Below, one piece after another: positions 37,059-46,585 of a DNA stretch of 56,473 bases. The notes beneath the pieces were generated by a model. It ran no database searches and had not been told where the DNA came from. It saw only the letters and a list, made by a program, of their open reading frames with translations. The stretch comes from an uncultured Desulfobacteraceae bacterium. GTDB lineage: Bacteria; Desulfobacterota; Desulfobacteria; Desulfobacterales; CAZWAE01. A program made the translations under genes and the position numbers. Numbering within the stretch: position 1 is the first letter of the stretch; every line of letters starts with the position of its first letter. The stretch covers positions 2,528 through 59,000 of the forward strand of contig CAZWAE010000002.1 of NCBI GenBank assembly GCA_964631805.1, given 5' to 3'.

Positions 37059-37383
37059 CGTTCATCCTTATGGAAACCGGGTTAACCGGACAGATGGTTC
37101 ATTTCAACCGATGTCATATACCACAATTTGGCACAGTTGTCATAACAAAACCACCGGCTTGACCAATTCATTACTGCAAGTGGACATGGGGGTGAACGGT
37201 CAGGATTGATTTTTTTCTTTTCCACTATTCGCTGATATGTTTTAATGCCTTTACACACCACCATCAGCAACATCTGGATATCGCCTTTGATTGTGGTTTT
37301 TTTCTAATGATTTTAATATAATATTGCCTCTCTAAGGCTTCTTTGATATTGTACGGGAAAATCTGGCCGTTTGGGTCATAAAA

Positions 37384-38112
37384 TTGGTTACGGTTACACG
37401 GGCATTCAGGAAAATCAAAGGTTGGGTTTTGACGAAACTGCCGACATACCCGGGAAGAGCGGTTGTAACGATTGGTGATTTACAGAAAGCGATCGTTGCC
37501 GGGGAAAACGAAACTGCCGTGGGAATTGCCCGTGCACTTACCAGCAGAGGTGTAAAGTCCAAAGAGATTATTGTCAATGGCGTAACCAAAGCCATGGAAT
37601 TTCTGGACAAGAAATGTACCATAAAAAATTTCTGCCTGTTAGAACTGATGCTGGCAGGGAGAGCTGCGATGGATATTATCGATTATCTCTCTGACGAATG
37701 GGAAACGAAAAACGATTCTCAATTCGAGATCGACCCTGAGTCGAAAAAGAGAATCATATTGGGAACCATTAAAGGAGATATACATGAGATTGGGAAAAAT
37801 ATCTTTTCAATGTTGATGAGATCTTATGGATATGAGGTTTTCGACCAGGGAAAGGATGTGGATCCCGATACGTTTGTCTCTGCTGCCATTGACCATCAAG
37901 CTGATTATATAGGCATATCGAGTCTGATTACCACAACCATTCCACGGGTGAAACAGGTCAGAAAGATCGCAGTGGGCAAAGGGTTGGGTACCGTGAAGGT
38001 TATTGCCGGAGGGGCCGCGCTCAGTCAGTCTACCGCAGAATTTCTCAATGTGGACTATGTGGCAGTTACCGTCTTTGACGGCCTTCACTATATAGATGCA
38101 TCTGAATCATGA
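37384..38112 (+). CDS. Corrinoid (cobalamin-binding) protein, MtaC/MtbC-like
   Basis: B12-binding cap helix region (DLQKAIVAGENETAVGIARAL) plus a Rossmann domain with DxHxxG (GDIHEIG) and GISSL. No in-frame ATG is available upstream of the cap, so the start (TTG 37384 or a later TTG) is uncertain. Confidence 0.75.
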   Translation: MVTVTRAFRKIKGWVLTKLPTYPGRAVVTIGDLQKAIVAGENETAVGIARALTSRGVKSKEIIVNGVTKAMEFLDKKCTIKNFCLLELMLAGRAAMDIIDYLSDEWETKNDSQFEIDPESKKRIILGTIKGDIHEIGKNIFSMLMRSYGYEVFDQGKDVDPDTFVSAAIDHQADYIGISSLITTTIPRVKQVRKIAVGKGLGTVKVIAGGAALSQSTAEFLNVDYVAVTVFDGLHYIDASES

Positions 38113-39116
38113 AATCTATCGATCGTATAGCAGCAGCCGTCCGTTTTGAAAAAACAGACCGGATGCCTGTATTTTCGCACATGTACGGGATAACCGCCAG
38201 GATAAACCATATCCCTTTGAAAGACTACCTGAACAGTGGAGAATTGCTGGCTATTTGTCAGTTAGAGACATGGAGGCGATTTGGCTATGATGGTGTAACC
38301 GCATTTGCAGACAACTCCCTTGAGGCCGAGGCCCTAGGATCAAAGTTAGCTTACAACAACGATGTGTACCCGCACATTGACCAATATTGTCTGAATGATA
38401 TTCATGATTGGAAAACGCTTTCGATACCGGATCCCGAAAAAGATGGTAGGATGCCTGTCATTGTAGAAGCATGCCGGCGACTTAGGGATCAAGCAGGTGA
38501 TGAGACGGCGGTTGTCGGGACCGTTCAGGGACCTATGACGTTGGCCGGTCAACTTCTGGGAATAGAAAAACTTATCTATTGTATCGTTGATCATCCCGAT
38601 GAATTTCGCAATCTGTTGAATTTCACAACCCGGGTCATGGTTAACTTCGGCAAGTCTCTATTAAGGGCAGGAGCCCATGTCGTACATGTTTTCGACCCCT
38701 CCTCTTCCTGTTCCGTCATAAACAGGGCTGTTTTCAAGGAATACGTACTCCCGAATTTACAACGGGCCTTCACGGAATATAAAAATGCCGGAGATCCCAT
38801 ATGCTGGCTGAATATCACCGGTCAGACAGAACCTACTCTGGATCTTTTTGCTGAAACGGGGGCGGATCTGTTCAATATCGATTATCTTGTTCCCATTTCC
38901 GTCGCGATGGAAAAATTGCCTCACCACTGCATCAACGGAAATATCAAGCCATTCAGTTTTATTTCCTGTGATAAGAAGTCAATCGAAAGAAAAGCAAAGG
39001 ATGTTATAGCGGAGACCCGGCAAAGGGGGGGCTTCATCCTGAGTCCAGGCTGCGAGATACCATTGGCGTCCAAAGTCGGCAATATCGAGGCTTTTATTAA
39101 AACGGCTCACAGCTGA
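38109..39116 (+). CDS. Uroporphyrinogen-decarboxylase family methyltransferase (MtaA/MtbA-like MT2)
   Basis: RIAAAVRFEKTDRMPVF and the overall URO-D family layout; ATGA overlap with the corrinoid gene. Confidence 0.75.
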   Translation: MKSIDRIAAAVRFEKTDRMPVFSHMYGITARINHIPLKDYLNSGELLAICQLETWRRFGYDGVTAFADNSLEAEALGSKLAYNNDVYPHIDQYCLNDIHDWKTLSIPDPEKDGRMPVIVEACRRLRDQAGDETAVVGTVQGPMTLAGQLLGIEKLIYCIVDHPDEFRNLLNFTTRVMVNFGKSLLRAGAHVVHVFDPSSSCSVINRAVFKEYVLPNLQRAFTEYKNAGDPICWLNITGQTEPTLDLFAETGADLFNIDYLVPISVAMEKLPHHCINGNIKPFSFISCDKKSIERKAKDVIAETRQRGGFILSPGCEIPLASKVGNIEAFIKTAHS

Positions 39117-39199
39117 TCGAAGATAAAACCGGTTTTGCAATTTAGACGATGAAATGAAACCTGCGGGAAGAATAGGTCCAACTCAAAGGGGGAGGATCA

Positions 39200-40546
39200 A
39201 TGGTAATGTTGAATGACCAGAATTCTGAATCTCATCGCCAGGATAAATTTGAAGCCCTGTCCGCCCTGATCAATATCGGAACCGCCATCGGCTTCATGCC
39301 CATGGATTTGAAAGCCTCCTTGCAGTTTTTCGTAGAAGAAACGAGGAAGTTATTTAATGCTTATGGCTGTGCAATTTTATCGTTGAATGGTAGGATGAAT
39401 TTTGACCTGGTTTATTCAGGACCATCGGATATGGGGAAAAAACTATGCAAGTCTTGTAATATCAAGGAATGTATCGTTATCAGGGACGAGTTACCTTTTA
39501 TTATCAAGGATACAAAGAGGAAAGACAGAAGATGCAGAGGATTTGAGTCTGACAGAAAAGTAAAATCCTATGCATGCCTGCCTATTTTAACGAGGAAAAA
39601 ACTGGTGGGCATCCTGACAATTTGCAGTTTAGGAAAGCATGCTTTCCCCCAGGACTATCTGGAGATAATGCTGTCGGTTGCCACCATGGCAGCTTCCATT
39701 ATTCAGCGGGCACAACTGTTCCATAATTTGGAGGCGGAAAAGAGACGATTAGAAAGGGCCAATGAGGAGATTAACAAATTAAACATCGATTTAGAAACGA
39801 AGATCGATGATTTGAAAGAGGCTCAAAACCAGATTATTCAAACAGAGAAATTGGCTGTGGCCGGAAGACTTGCAGCAGGGGTTGCCCATGAGGTGAACAA
39901 TCCCATCGGGATTATCATCAACAGGATAGAGTGCCTCCAGTCAGAGGCTAAAGAAAAAAACGTCTCGGATGAACTGATAAAGGACTTATGCACAATAGGG
40001 AAGTATGCCCACAAGATTTCCAAAATCGTGGAAGATCTCTCCATTGTCTCCAGAACCACCTATTCCGAGTCCAAATTTTCCAGACTCGATATCAATGAAT
40101 TCCTGGCAGATGTTTTTTTTCTTGTGGAGCAGAAAATAAAGGGAAAACGGCTGAAGTTCATAAAAAACCTATCTTCCGAAAATCTCTTTATCATGGGAGA
40201 TTCGGAACGGCTCGAACAGGTTTTCGTCAACGTGGTGGAAAACGCTATTCACGCCGTTCAAGGCAGCGGGGCGATAACGGTGGCCACGAGAGAGGACAGG
40301 AAAGGTATCCGGGCCGAGATTTCCGATTCCGGGACGGGCATCCTGAAGGAGCACCTCGATAAAATATACGATCCGTTCTTTACTACCAAAGAGGTGGGAA
40401 AAGGAACCGGTTTGGGCCTGCCCATCAGCCAGGCCATCATTGCGGAGCACAATGCCTCCATCGATGTGAAGAGCCGGGTCAACAGGGGCACCACTTTCAC
40501 AATCACCTTTCCAAAGGCGCCAAAGCTGAATACTGAAATGCCATGA
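39200..40546 (+). CDS. GAF-domain sensor histidine kinase
   Basis: N-terminal GAF-like region with the Cys cluster CKSCNIKEC..RRC..YAC. Coiled coil, H-box AAGVAHEVNNPIG, then DSGTGI and GTGLGL. Confidence 0.85.
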   Translation: MVMLNDQNSESHRQDKFEALSALINIGTAIGFMPMDLKASLQFFVEETRKLFNAYGCAILSLNGRMNFDLVYSGPSDMGKKLCKSCNIKECIVIRDELPFIIKDTKRKDRRCRGFESDRKVKSYACLPILTRKKLVGILTICSLGKHAFPQDYLEIMLSVATMAASIIQRAQLFHNLEAEKRRLERANEEINKLNIDLETKIDDLKEAQNQIIQTEKLAVAGRLAAGVAHEVNNPIGIIINRIECLQSEAKEKNVSDELIKDLCTIGKYAHKISKIVEDLSIVSRTTYSESKFSRLDINEFLADVFFLVEQKIKGKRLKFIKNLSSENLFIMGDSERLEQVFVNVVENAIHAVQGSGAITVATREDRKGIRAEISDSGTGILKEHLDKIYDPFFTTKEVGKGTGLGLPISQAIIAEHNASIDVKSRVNRGTTFTITFPKAPKLNTEMP

Positions 40547-41937
40547 CGACCTATAGAGAAAAAATATTGATCATCGACGATGAAGCGGAGATGTTGGACA
40601 ATTGCCGTCGTATACTTAAACGATCGGGCTACGACTGCATGCTGTTGCAGCAAAGCGAGGATTTCTCCCGGGTTTTTAAGGAGGAGCCTGCGGACCTTAT
40701 ACTGACGGACCTGCGGATGCCCAAAAAGGATGGCATGAACGTGCTAAAGGAGGCAAAAGCAATAGACCCGGATGTGGTTGTGCTCCTGTTTACGGCCTAT
40801 GGCACCATCCAATCCGCTTTAGAAGCATGCAAACTGGGGGCTTTCGATTACATCCAAAAACCCTTTTCAGCGGAACAGTTGCGAATCGCGGTTAACAGGG
40901 GAATCAAACAGAAAAGACTTTCAGACGAGAACAAATACCTCCGCTCTCAACTCAAGGAGGAATTCGGGTTCAGCAGAATCATCGGGAAAAGTGCGCCGCT
41001 CAATGAGGTCTTGAAACTCATAAAAAAAGTGTCCAAAACAGAGGCGAATATTTTAGTCCTGGGGGATAGCGGGACGGGCAAGGAGCTGGTCGCCAGGAGC
41101 ATTCATGCAAACAGTGACCGCTCTCATCGGCCTTTTGTACCGGTAGACTGCGCGTCACTGCCCGAAAACTTGCTTGAAAGCGAACTTTTCGGCCATGAAA
41201 AAGGGACCTTCACCGATGCCCACGTAACCCGTCCCGGGATATTCGAATACGCCAACGGCGGGACCCTGTTTTTGGACGAAATAGGGGAACTGAGTATAAC
41301 CCTGCAGTCCAAACTGCTCCGGGTGTTGCAGGAACGACAGGTCAGGCGTGTGGGCGGAAGAAGGCTTCTAAATGTCGATGTGCGGATCATTACGGCAACG
41401 AATCAGAACCTGGGAAGGGCCACTGAGGAGGGTAGATTCCGGGAAGACCTTTTTTATCGTATAAATGTCATTACCATCCCCTTGCCCCCCCTGAAAGAGA
41501 GAAGGGAGGATATCCCTCTTCTTGCGAATCATTACCAGAGACATTTCAGCAAGGGCAGCAAAAATGAGGTAAAAGGAATCTCCAAAGAGGCCATGAAGCT
41601 TATGGAAAGGTATGATTGGCCGGGCAATGTGCGGGAGCTGCAAAATGTTGTTGAAAGAGCCGTATCCCTGACCGATTCCGAAATTATTGCTCCTGCGGAT
41701 CTTCCCGAATATATACGTAATAACAATGATTTTAATATCTTAAGCTCATTCAGAAAATCAAATTATAAAGATGCCAAAAAAGACTGGATACATTTTTTTG
41801 AAAAAAAATATTTATCCTCCCTTCTGGAACGGTACAATGGAAACATATCAAAGGCTGCCCGGGAAGCCCGGATCAACCGCAAGACCATCCATCGCATGCT
41901 GAAACGGCACAGACTCCCGGGTGGTCCTCCCGGATAG
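40543..41937 (+). CDS. Sigma-54-dependent response regulator (NtrC/AtoC family)
   Basis: ILIIDDEAEM..ILTDLRMPKKDG..KP, then GDSGTGKE, GTFTDA, LFLDEIG, RIITATN and a Fis-type HTH. ATGA overlap with the kinase gene. Confidence 0.9.
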   Translation: MTTYREKILIIDDEAEMLDNCRRILKRSGYDCMLLQQSEDFSRVFKEEPADLILTDLRMPKKDGMNVLKEAKAIDPDVVVLLFTAYGTIQSALEACKLGAFDYIQKPFSAEQLRIAVNRGIKQKRLSDENKYLRSQLKEEFGFSRIIGKSAPLNEVLKLIKKVSKTEANILVLGDSGTGKELVARSIHANSDRSHRPFVPVDCASLPENLLESELFGHEKGTFTDAHVTRPGIFEYANGGTLFLDEIGELSITLQSKLLRVLQERQVRRVGGRRLLNVDVRIITATNQNLGRATEEGRFREDLFYRINVITIPLPPLKERREDIPLLANHYQRHFSKGSKNEVKGISKEAMKLMERYDWPGNVRELQNVVERAVSLTDSEIIAPADLPEYIRNNNDFNILSSFRKSNYKDAKKDWIHFFEKKYLSSLLERYNGNISKAAREARINRKTIHRMLKRHRLPGGPPG

Positions 41938-41943
41938 AAATTG

Positions 41944-42062
41944 TGGCACACATGTCCCATATGGGTCCAACATGTCTCAACCCTGGCCATTAATCACAAA
42001 ATTCCCTTTAGAATCAAGTTGATACTTCATTTATTCCTGACATGCAATCTACATGTGTGCCA
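41944..42062. promoter_or_regulatory. Candidate enhancer (UAS) region for the act/nos sigma-54 promoter
   Basis: Perfect 12-bp inverted repeats TGGCACACATGT (41944-41955) and ACATGTGTGCCA (42051-42062). ACATGT hexamers recur, and a CCCATATGGG palindrome lies between them. The region is 150-265 nt upstream of the -24/-12 element. Confidence 0.4.
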
Positions 42063-42206
42063 GGAACATGGGTCAATGAGGTCTCAGTTCACCCCACCTG
42101 CCTCAACATCAATCTGCTATTCGATCCATGGATATTTCCACTAACAATCTGTTATCATAGTATTTTGCTTTATTTTCCCTATTTGAAAGCGGCTCATTCT
42201 GATCGA

Positions 42207-42222
42207 CGGCACAGGAATTGCT
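42207..42222 (+). promoter_or_regulatory. Sigma-54 (-24/-12) promoter
   Basis: cGGCACaggaaTTGCT has correct GG-N10-GC spacing and lies about 105 nt upstream of the first gene of the act operon. Confidence 0.6.
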
Positions 42223-42324
42223 TTGATTTTTGCTGAGTGTTGAGGAAAAAGGCCAATCCTCAAACCGCTATCATTACCCTCGATTCCATTTCAATCTCAC
42301 AATGAAAGAGACGGGAGTCCGGCT

Positions 42325-42705
42325 TTGGTGCCTGATACAAAATCCATACTGCTTGCCATTTCGGATGAGGATCTAAAGGCGCAAGTGTACGAAGTGCTGG
42401 ATGGCATCGAGGCCTGTACATTGACATGTGTGGGAGACAGCGGGGACGTACTCCTCAAAATATTGGATAAAGACATCGACCTGGCCATCATAGATGAAAA
42501 TATCGCCGGCATGGCCGGTTCCAAACTCATCGAAATTATAAAGAAGAGCAGGCCCAGAATTCCCCTGATTACAATATCCTCCGGCAATTCAAAAGAAGAA
42601 TTGGCCCGGGTACTGGAACAGGGGGTTTTCTACTTTATCATCACTCCCATCAACGGTGAAGAATTGAGACAGGCCGTTGAGAGTGCTTTGAAAACCAATC
42701 CATGA
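42325..42705 (+). CDS. Receiver-domain-like protein, atypical (conserved Lys replaced)
   Basis: ILLAISDED, DLAIIDENIAGMAG and LITISS are present, but the KP position reads FIITPING. TTG/GTG start; ATGA overlap with actA. Confidence 0.7.
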   Translation: MVPDTKSILLAISDEDLKAQVYEVLDGIEACTLTCVGDSGDVLLKILDKDIDLAIIDENIAGMAGSKLIEIIKKSRPRIPLITISSGNSKEELARVLEQGVFYFIITPINGEELRQAVESALKTNP

Positions 42706-43427
42706 ATCGTCAAACGGGAGCAAACGCTTTGGATGGAAGACGTTTAAAAAGATCAGAAAAACGGTCAGGGCTGGCGAGGCTTTTTTTTGTGCCGATCCTG
42801 TTATCGGCATTTTTATACTTAATCGTCGGGTTGGCAGGGGGGGCCGACGCGCCCGCCGAATCCGAACCGCCGGCCGAATTCCGCCAACCCATTGAATTCA
42901 GCCACAAGACGCACATCGAAAAGGGCGGGATGTCGTGCGAATTCTGTCATGTCTACGCCCGTCGTTCGATCAACTCCGGCGCTCCCGTCATGGCAACCTG
43001 TTTTGGATGTCACAGCGTGATTGCCGGATCGGATGATGATCCGAAGAAAGCTGCCGAAAAGCAGGATGCGATCAAAAAATTGTTGGAATTCAAACCCAAG
43101 GGAACGCCGGTTCAATGGAAAAAGATCCATGACGTCCCCGATTTTGTCCATTTTTCTCACAAACGCCACATTCAAGTCGGCTTTGACTGTACGGAATGCC
43201 ACGGAGAGATCAACCAGCACGATGTGTTATCCCCGCAAACCATGATCACTGACCTTAGCATGGGGTGGTGTATGAAATGTCATCGGGAAGGCAGGCAGAC
43301 GGTTGGGGGGGAAATTGCAGGTCCGGTTCGGGAAACAAGGGGCGGAACAATTATGGCGCAGGCCGCAAAACAACAACCCGACGGATTTTTGGTGGGATCA
43401 AAAGACTGCTACACATGTCACAAATAA
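42702..43427 (+). CDS. actA: Alternative Complex III pentahaem cytochrome c subunit
   Basis: N-terminal TM anchor and five CxxCH motifs: CEFCH, CFGCH, CTECH, CMKCH and CYTCH. Confidence 0.85.
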   Translation: MNRQTGANALDGRRLKRSEKRSGLARLFFVPILLSAFLYLIVGLAGGADAPAESEPPAEFRQPIEFSHKTHIEKGGMSCEFCHVYARRSINSGAPVMATCFGCHSVIAGSDDDPKKAAEKQDAIKKLLEFKPKGTPVQWKKIHDVPDFVHFSHKRHIQVGFDCTECHGEINQHDVLSPQTMITDLSMGWCMKCHREGRQTVGGEIAGPVRETRGGTIMAQAAKQQPDGFLVGSKDCYTCHK

Positions 43428-43439
43428 TAAGGAACAGGG

Positions 43440-46400
43440 ATGAATAGAAACTTAAGCCGCAGAAATTTCCTGAAGATGTCAGCACTGGGCGGCGCAACGA
43501 TGGTTGCCGCCGGGTGCTCCGATCCCATCGAGAAACTGGTTCCATTGCAGTTGCCACCCTACGACTATGTGTCCGGTGTTTCCATCCATTTTGCCACGAC
43601 CTGCCGGGAATGCTCAGCCGATTGCGGAATCATCGTAAGAACTCGCGAAGGAAGAGCGATCAAAGCCGAAGGAAATCCGCGACACCCCATAAGTGACGGA
43701 CGCATCTGCCTGCAGGGGCAGTCCATTCTCCAGGGACTCTACAGCCCGGCAAGAGCGGCCGGCCCGATGGTTGTGACCGACAAGGAGGCGCGCGGTGTCA
43801 GTTGGAAAGAAGGAAATCAACAACTGGTGGAGAAGCTGAATGTCGCAAAAAATGAAAGGAGCGGCATTCTCTATATCGGCCCGCCCAGAAGCGGCAGCTA
43901 TCCGGAGATGCTGAAAAAATGGCTTGACGGTATGGGAGGCGGAACGTCTCTTGAACTTGATATGACACCGGCAAACAGTTTAAAGCACGCCAACCGCATT
44001 GTATTTGGTAAGGAGGAGATCCCCCACTTTGCACTTGAAAAAGCCGACCTTCTCATCAATTTCGGGGCCGATTTTCTGGAAAGCTGGCTGAACCCGGTTC
44101 AGATGACCAAAAGCTATACCAGTATGCACCGTTACCAAGATGGGAAAAAAGGCCGGTATGTTCATATTGCGCCCCACCTGTCGCTGACCGGCACCAATGC
44201 CGATGAATGGATCTCCTGCCCGGTGGGCCATGAAACTTCCATCGCCCTGGCGCTCAGCCGCATCCTGCTCAAACAGGCAGAACATCTCTCCATCGACGAG
44301 AAACAGCGCCTCACGGAACTCCTCAGCGATTTCCCGGAAGACAAAATTGCAAAAGAGAGCGGTCTTGAATCCCGTGCACTTTCGAAACTGGCCGATGCAT
44401 TTGGGCAAAAAGGACGGAGCCTGGCGATCGCCGGAGGAAACTGCAGTGCCGGACCTGAAGCCACCCGGTTGCAGGTCGCTGTTAATATCCTCAATTATGT
44501 GGCCGGTAATATTGGGAAGACCGTTGTTTTCGGCGCGGATTACCGCATGGGCGGCAGCAGCATGACCGATCTGGATGCGGCGATCAAAGGAATGAAGGAG
44601 GGACGCTATCAACTGGTGATGATCGAAAACGTCAACCCGGTTTTTACTCTTCCCGAAAATTCAGGTTTCAAAGAGGCGTTGAAGACGGTCCCGTTTGTGG
44701 TCTCATTGTCCACGGAAAACGATGAAACCTCCGAACTCGCCGATCTGCACCTGCCGACGGCTCATTTCTTAGAGAGCTGGGGGGACGCCCTCCCGAGAAA
44801 TGGTGTTTTTGCTCTGCAGCAGCCGGTCATGGCAACCGTGCCGGGCTTCAATGCCAGGGAGGTCGGCGGATTGATGCTCGAATTGGCCCGGCTGGTTGAA
44901 ATCGAGGGTGTTGAAGCCCCTAATTACCGGGATTATATCAAAGCTTCCTGGAAAATCCTGCATCAAAAATTAGACACCTCTCTGCCGTTTGATAAATTCT
45001 GGAAAAAATCCCTGCAAAATGGCGGACATTATGAAGACTTCAAACCGTCAACCGCCGTTCTCAGCCGTGACATCTTTGCGCTAAAGTTCCCCCCTCCTCC
45101 GGAAAAAACCATCGGTCTCAGCCTGCTGGCCGTCAACTCCAATCTGCACAATGCCAATGCCAGGGGAGGCAACAGGACATGGCTCATGGAAATACCCCAT
45201 CCGGTAACCCAGGTGGTGTGGGACTCCTGGCTTGAACTCCACCCCGATACCGCCGTCAAACTGGGGATAAGACACGGCGATCTTGTCGAAATCACAACCT
45301 CTTACGGAAAAGCGGAGGCGGCCGCATGGGTGTTTTACGGTATCGATAAAAATACCGTGGCCATGCCGGCAGGATTGGGTCGAAAGGTGCCGTTTCCCAA
45401 TTACAAATCCAGCCACGGCCAAAGCAAATTGATACCGGTCCTGGAATCGGAATTGAAAGTGGAAGAAAAAATGGTGGGAATCAACGTCATGGACCTTCTG
45501 TCCTGGCGCAGAGACAGCCTTTCGGGCGATTTTGTTTTTGCAGGGGAAAGGGTGAGAATCAAACCTACCGGTAAAAAGGCTTATCTCGTAACCATGGACG
45601 GGCAGTACCGTAAAGATATTGAGACCCCAAAAGCTGAAGACAAGACGGGGTTTGGAGATCGCAGTCAGAAAGGGAGAGGGTTTGTCCAGGTAATGTCTGT
45701 CGGCGGGAGCGAACAGCCGTATAAGGAACACGCCCCGGCGCACCATGCCCGGAAGCGTTTTTATACACTGAATCGTGATGACAAGAGGAGTTTCTATGAC
45801 CCCATGGCGGAAAACGTCCAAAACGCGGTAAAAAAAGCGGGTAAAAAAACACCGGTTTATCACGATCCCTACAAATGGGAAATGATCATCGATCTGGATC
45901 GCTGCACCGGCTGTTCCGCCTGTGTGGCGGCTTGTTATGCCGAAAACAACATCCCGTTGGTTGGAAAGGACCGCTCGAATGTGGGGCGGGAGATGAGCTG
46001 GCTTCGGCTCGAACGATATTTTGAAAAAAACAAACAGACCGGGCGTCTGGAGACCTATTATTCACCCCAGATGTGCCAGCAATGCGACAACGCCGGCTGC
46101 GAGCCGGTCTGCCCCGTGTTCGCCACCTACCAGACCCCCGATGGCCTGAACGCCATGATCTATAATCGTTGTGTGGGAACCCGATATTGCTCAAACAATT
46201 GCGTTTTTAAGATGAGACGTTTCAACTGGAGGGATTACCAGTTTCCAAAGCCGCTGCAGATGCAGCTCAATCCGGCCGTGTCGGTCCGCTCCAGGGGCGT
46301 GATGGAAAAATGTACCTTCTGTCAACATCGGATCCGGGAGATCAAAGACCGGGCCAAAGACCAAGGGCGCGAAGTAAGGGATGGTGAAATCCAGACAGCC

Positions 46401-46577
46401 TGCCAACAGGCCTGTCCAGCCGATGCAATCACTTTTGGGAATATCAAGGATCAAAACAGCAATGTAAAACAGATGAAGGGAAAAAGCCGGCGCAAATACA
46501 CCCAACTGCCCGAGTTGAATTTCAAGCCTGCGATCACCTATCTGAAAAAAGTGAACCTCAATAACCGAAAAGTCTAG
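43440..46577 (+). CDS. actB: Alternative Complex III subunit B (molybdopterin-oxidoreductase-like domain plus 4Fe-4S ferredoxin domain)
   Basis: Tat signal SRRNFLKMSALGGATMVAAG and a 1045-aa fusion. The C-terminal part carries CTGCSACVAAC, CQQCDNAGCEPVCP, CVGTRYCSNNC, CTFCQHR and CQQACP. Confidence 0.9.
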   Translation: MNRNLSRRNFLKMSALGGATMVAAGCSDPIEKLVPLQLPPYDYVSGVSIHFATTCRECSADCGIIVRTREGRAIKAEGNPRHPISDGRICLQGQSILQGLYSPARAAGPMVVTDKEARGVSWKEGNQQLVEKLNVAKNERSGILYIGPPRSGSYPEMLKKWLDGMGGGTSLELDMTPANSLKHANRIVFGKEEIPHFALEKADLLINFGADFLESWLNPVQMTKSYTSMHRYQDGKKGRYVHIAPHLSLTGTNADEWISCPVGHETSIALALSRILLKQAEHLSIDEKQRLTELLSDFPEDKIAKESGLESRALSKLADAFGQKGRSLAIAGGNCSAGPEATRLQVAVNILNYVAGNIGKTVVFGADYRMGGSSMTDLDAAIKGMKEGRYQLVMIENVNPVFTLPENSGFKEALKTVPFVVSLSTENDETSELADLHLPTAHFLESWGDALPRNGVFALQQPVMATVPGFNAREVGGLMLELARLVEIEGVEAPNYRDYIKASWKILHQKLDTSLPFDKFWKKSLQNGGHYEDFKPSTAVLSRDIFALKFPPPPEKTIGLSLLAVNSNLHNANARGGNRTWLMEIPHPVTQVVWDSWLELHPDTAVKLGIRHGDLVEITTSYGKAEAAAWVFYGIDKNTVAMPAGLGRKVPFPNYKSSHGQSKLIPVLESELKVEEKMVGINVMDLLSWRRDSLSGDFVFAGERVRIKPTGKKAYLVTMDGQYRKDIETPKAEDKTGFGDRSQKGRGFVQVMSVGGSEQPYKEHAPAHHARKRFYTLNRDDKRSFYDPMAENVQNAVKKAGKKTPVYHDPYKWEMIIDLDRCTGCSACVAACYAENNIPLVGKDRSNVGREMSWLRLERYFEKNKQTGRLETYYSPQMCQQCDNAGCEPVCPVFATYQTPDGLNAMIYNRCVGTRYCSNNCVFKMRRFNWRDYQFPKPLQMQLNPAVSVRSRGVMEKCTFCQHRIREIKDRAKDQGREVRDGEIQTACQQACPADAITFGNIKDQNSNVKQMKGKSRRKYTQLPELNFKPAITYLKKVNLNNRKV

Positions 46578-46585
46578 GAGGCGAC

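Noticed and set aside
37125-37145. TGGCACagttgTCAT as a sigma-54 promoter for the corrinoid gene
   Set aside because: The -12 element (TTGC) is missing, and the site is about 250 nt from the gene start.
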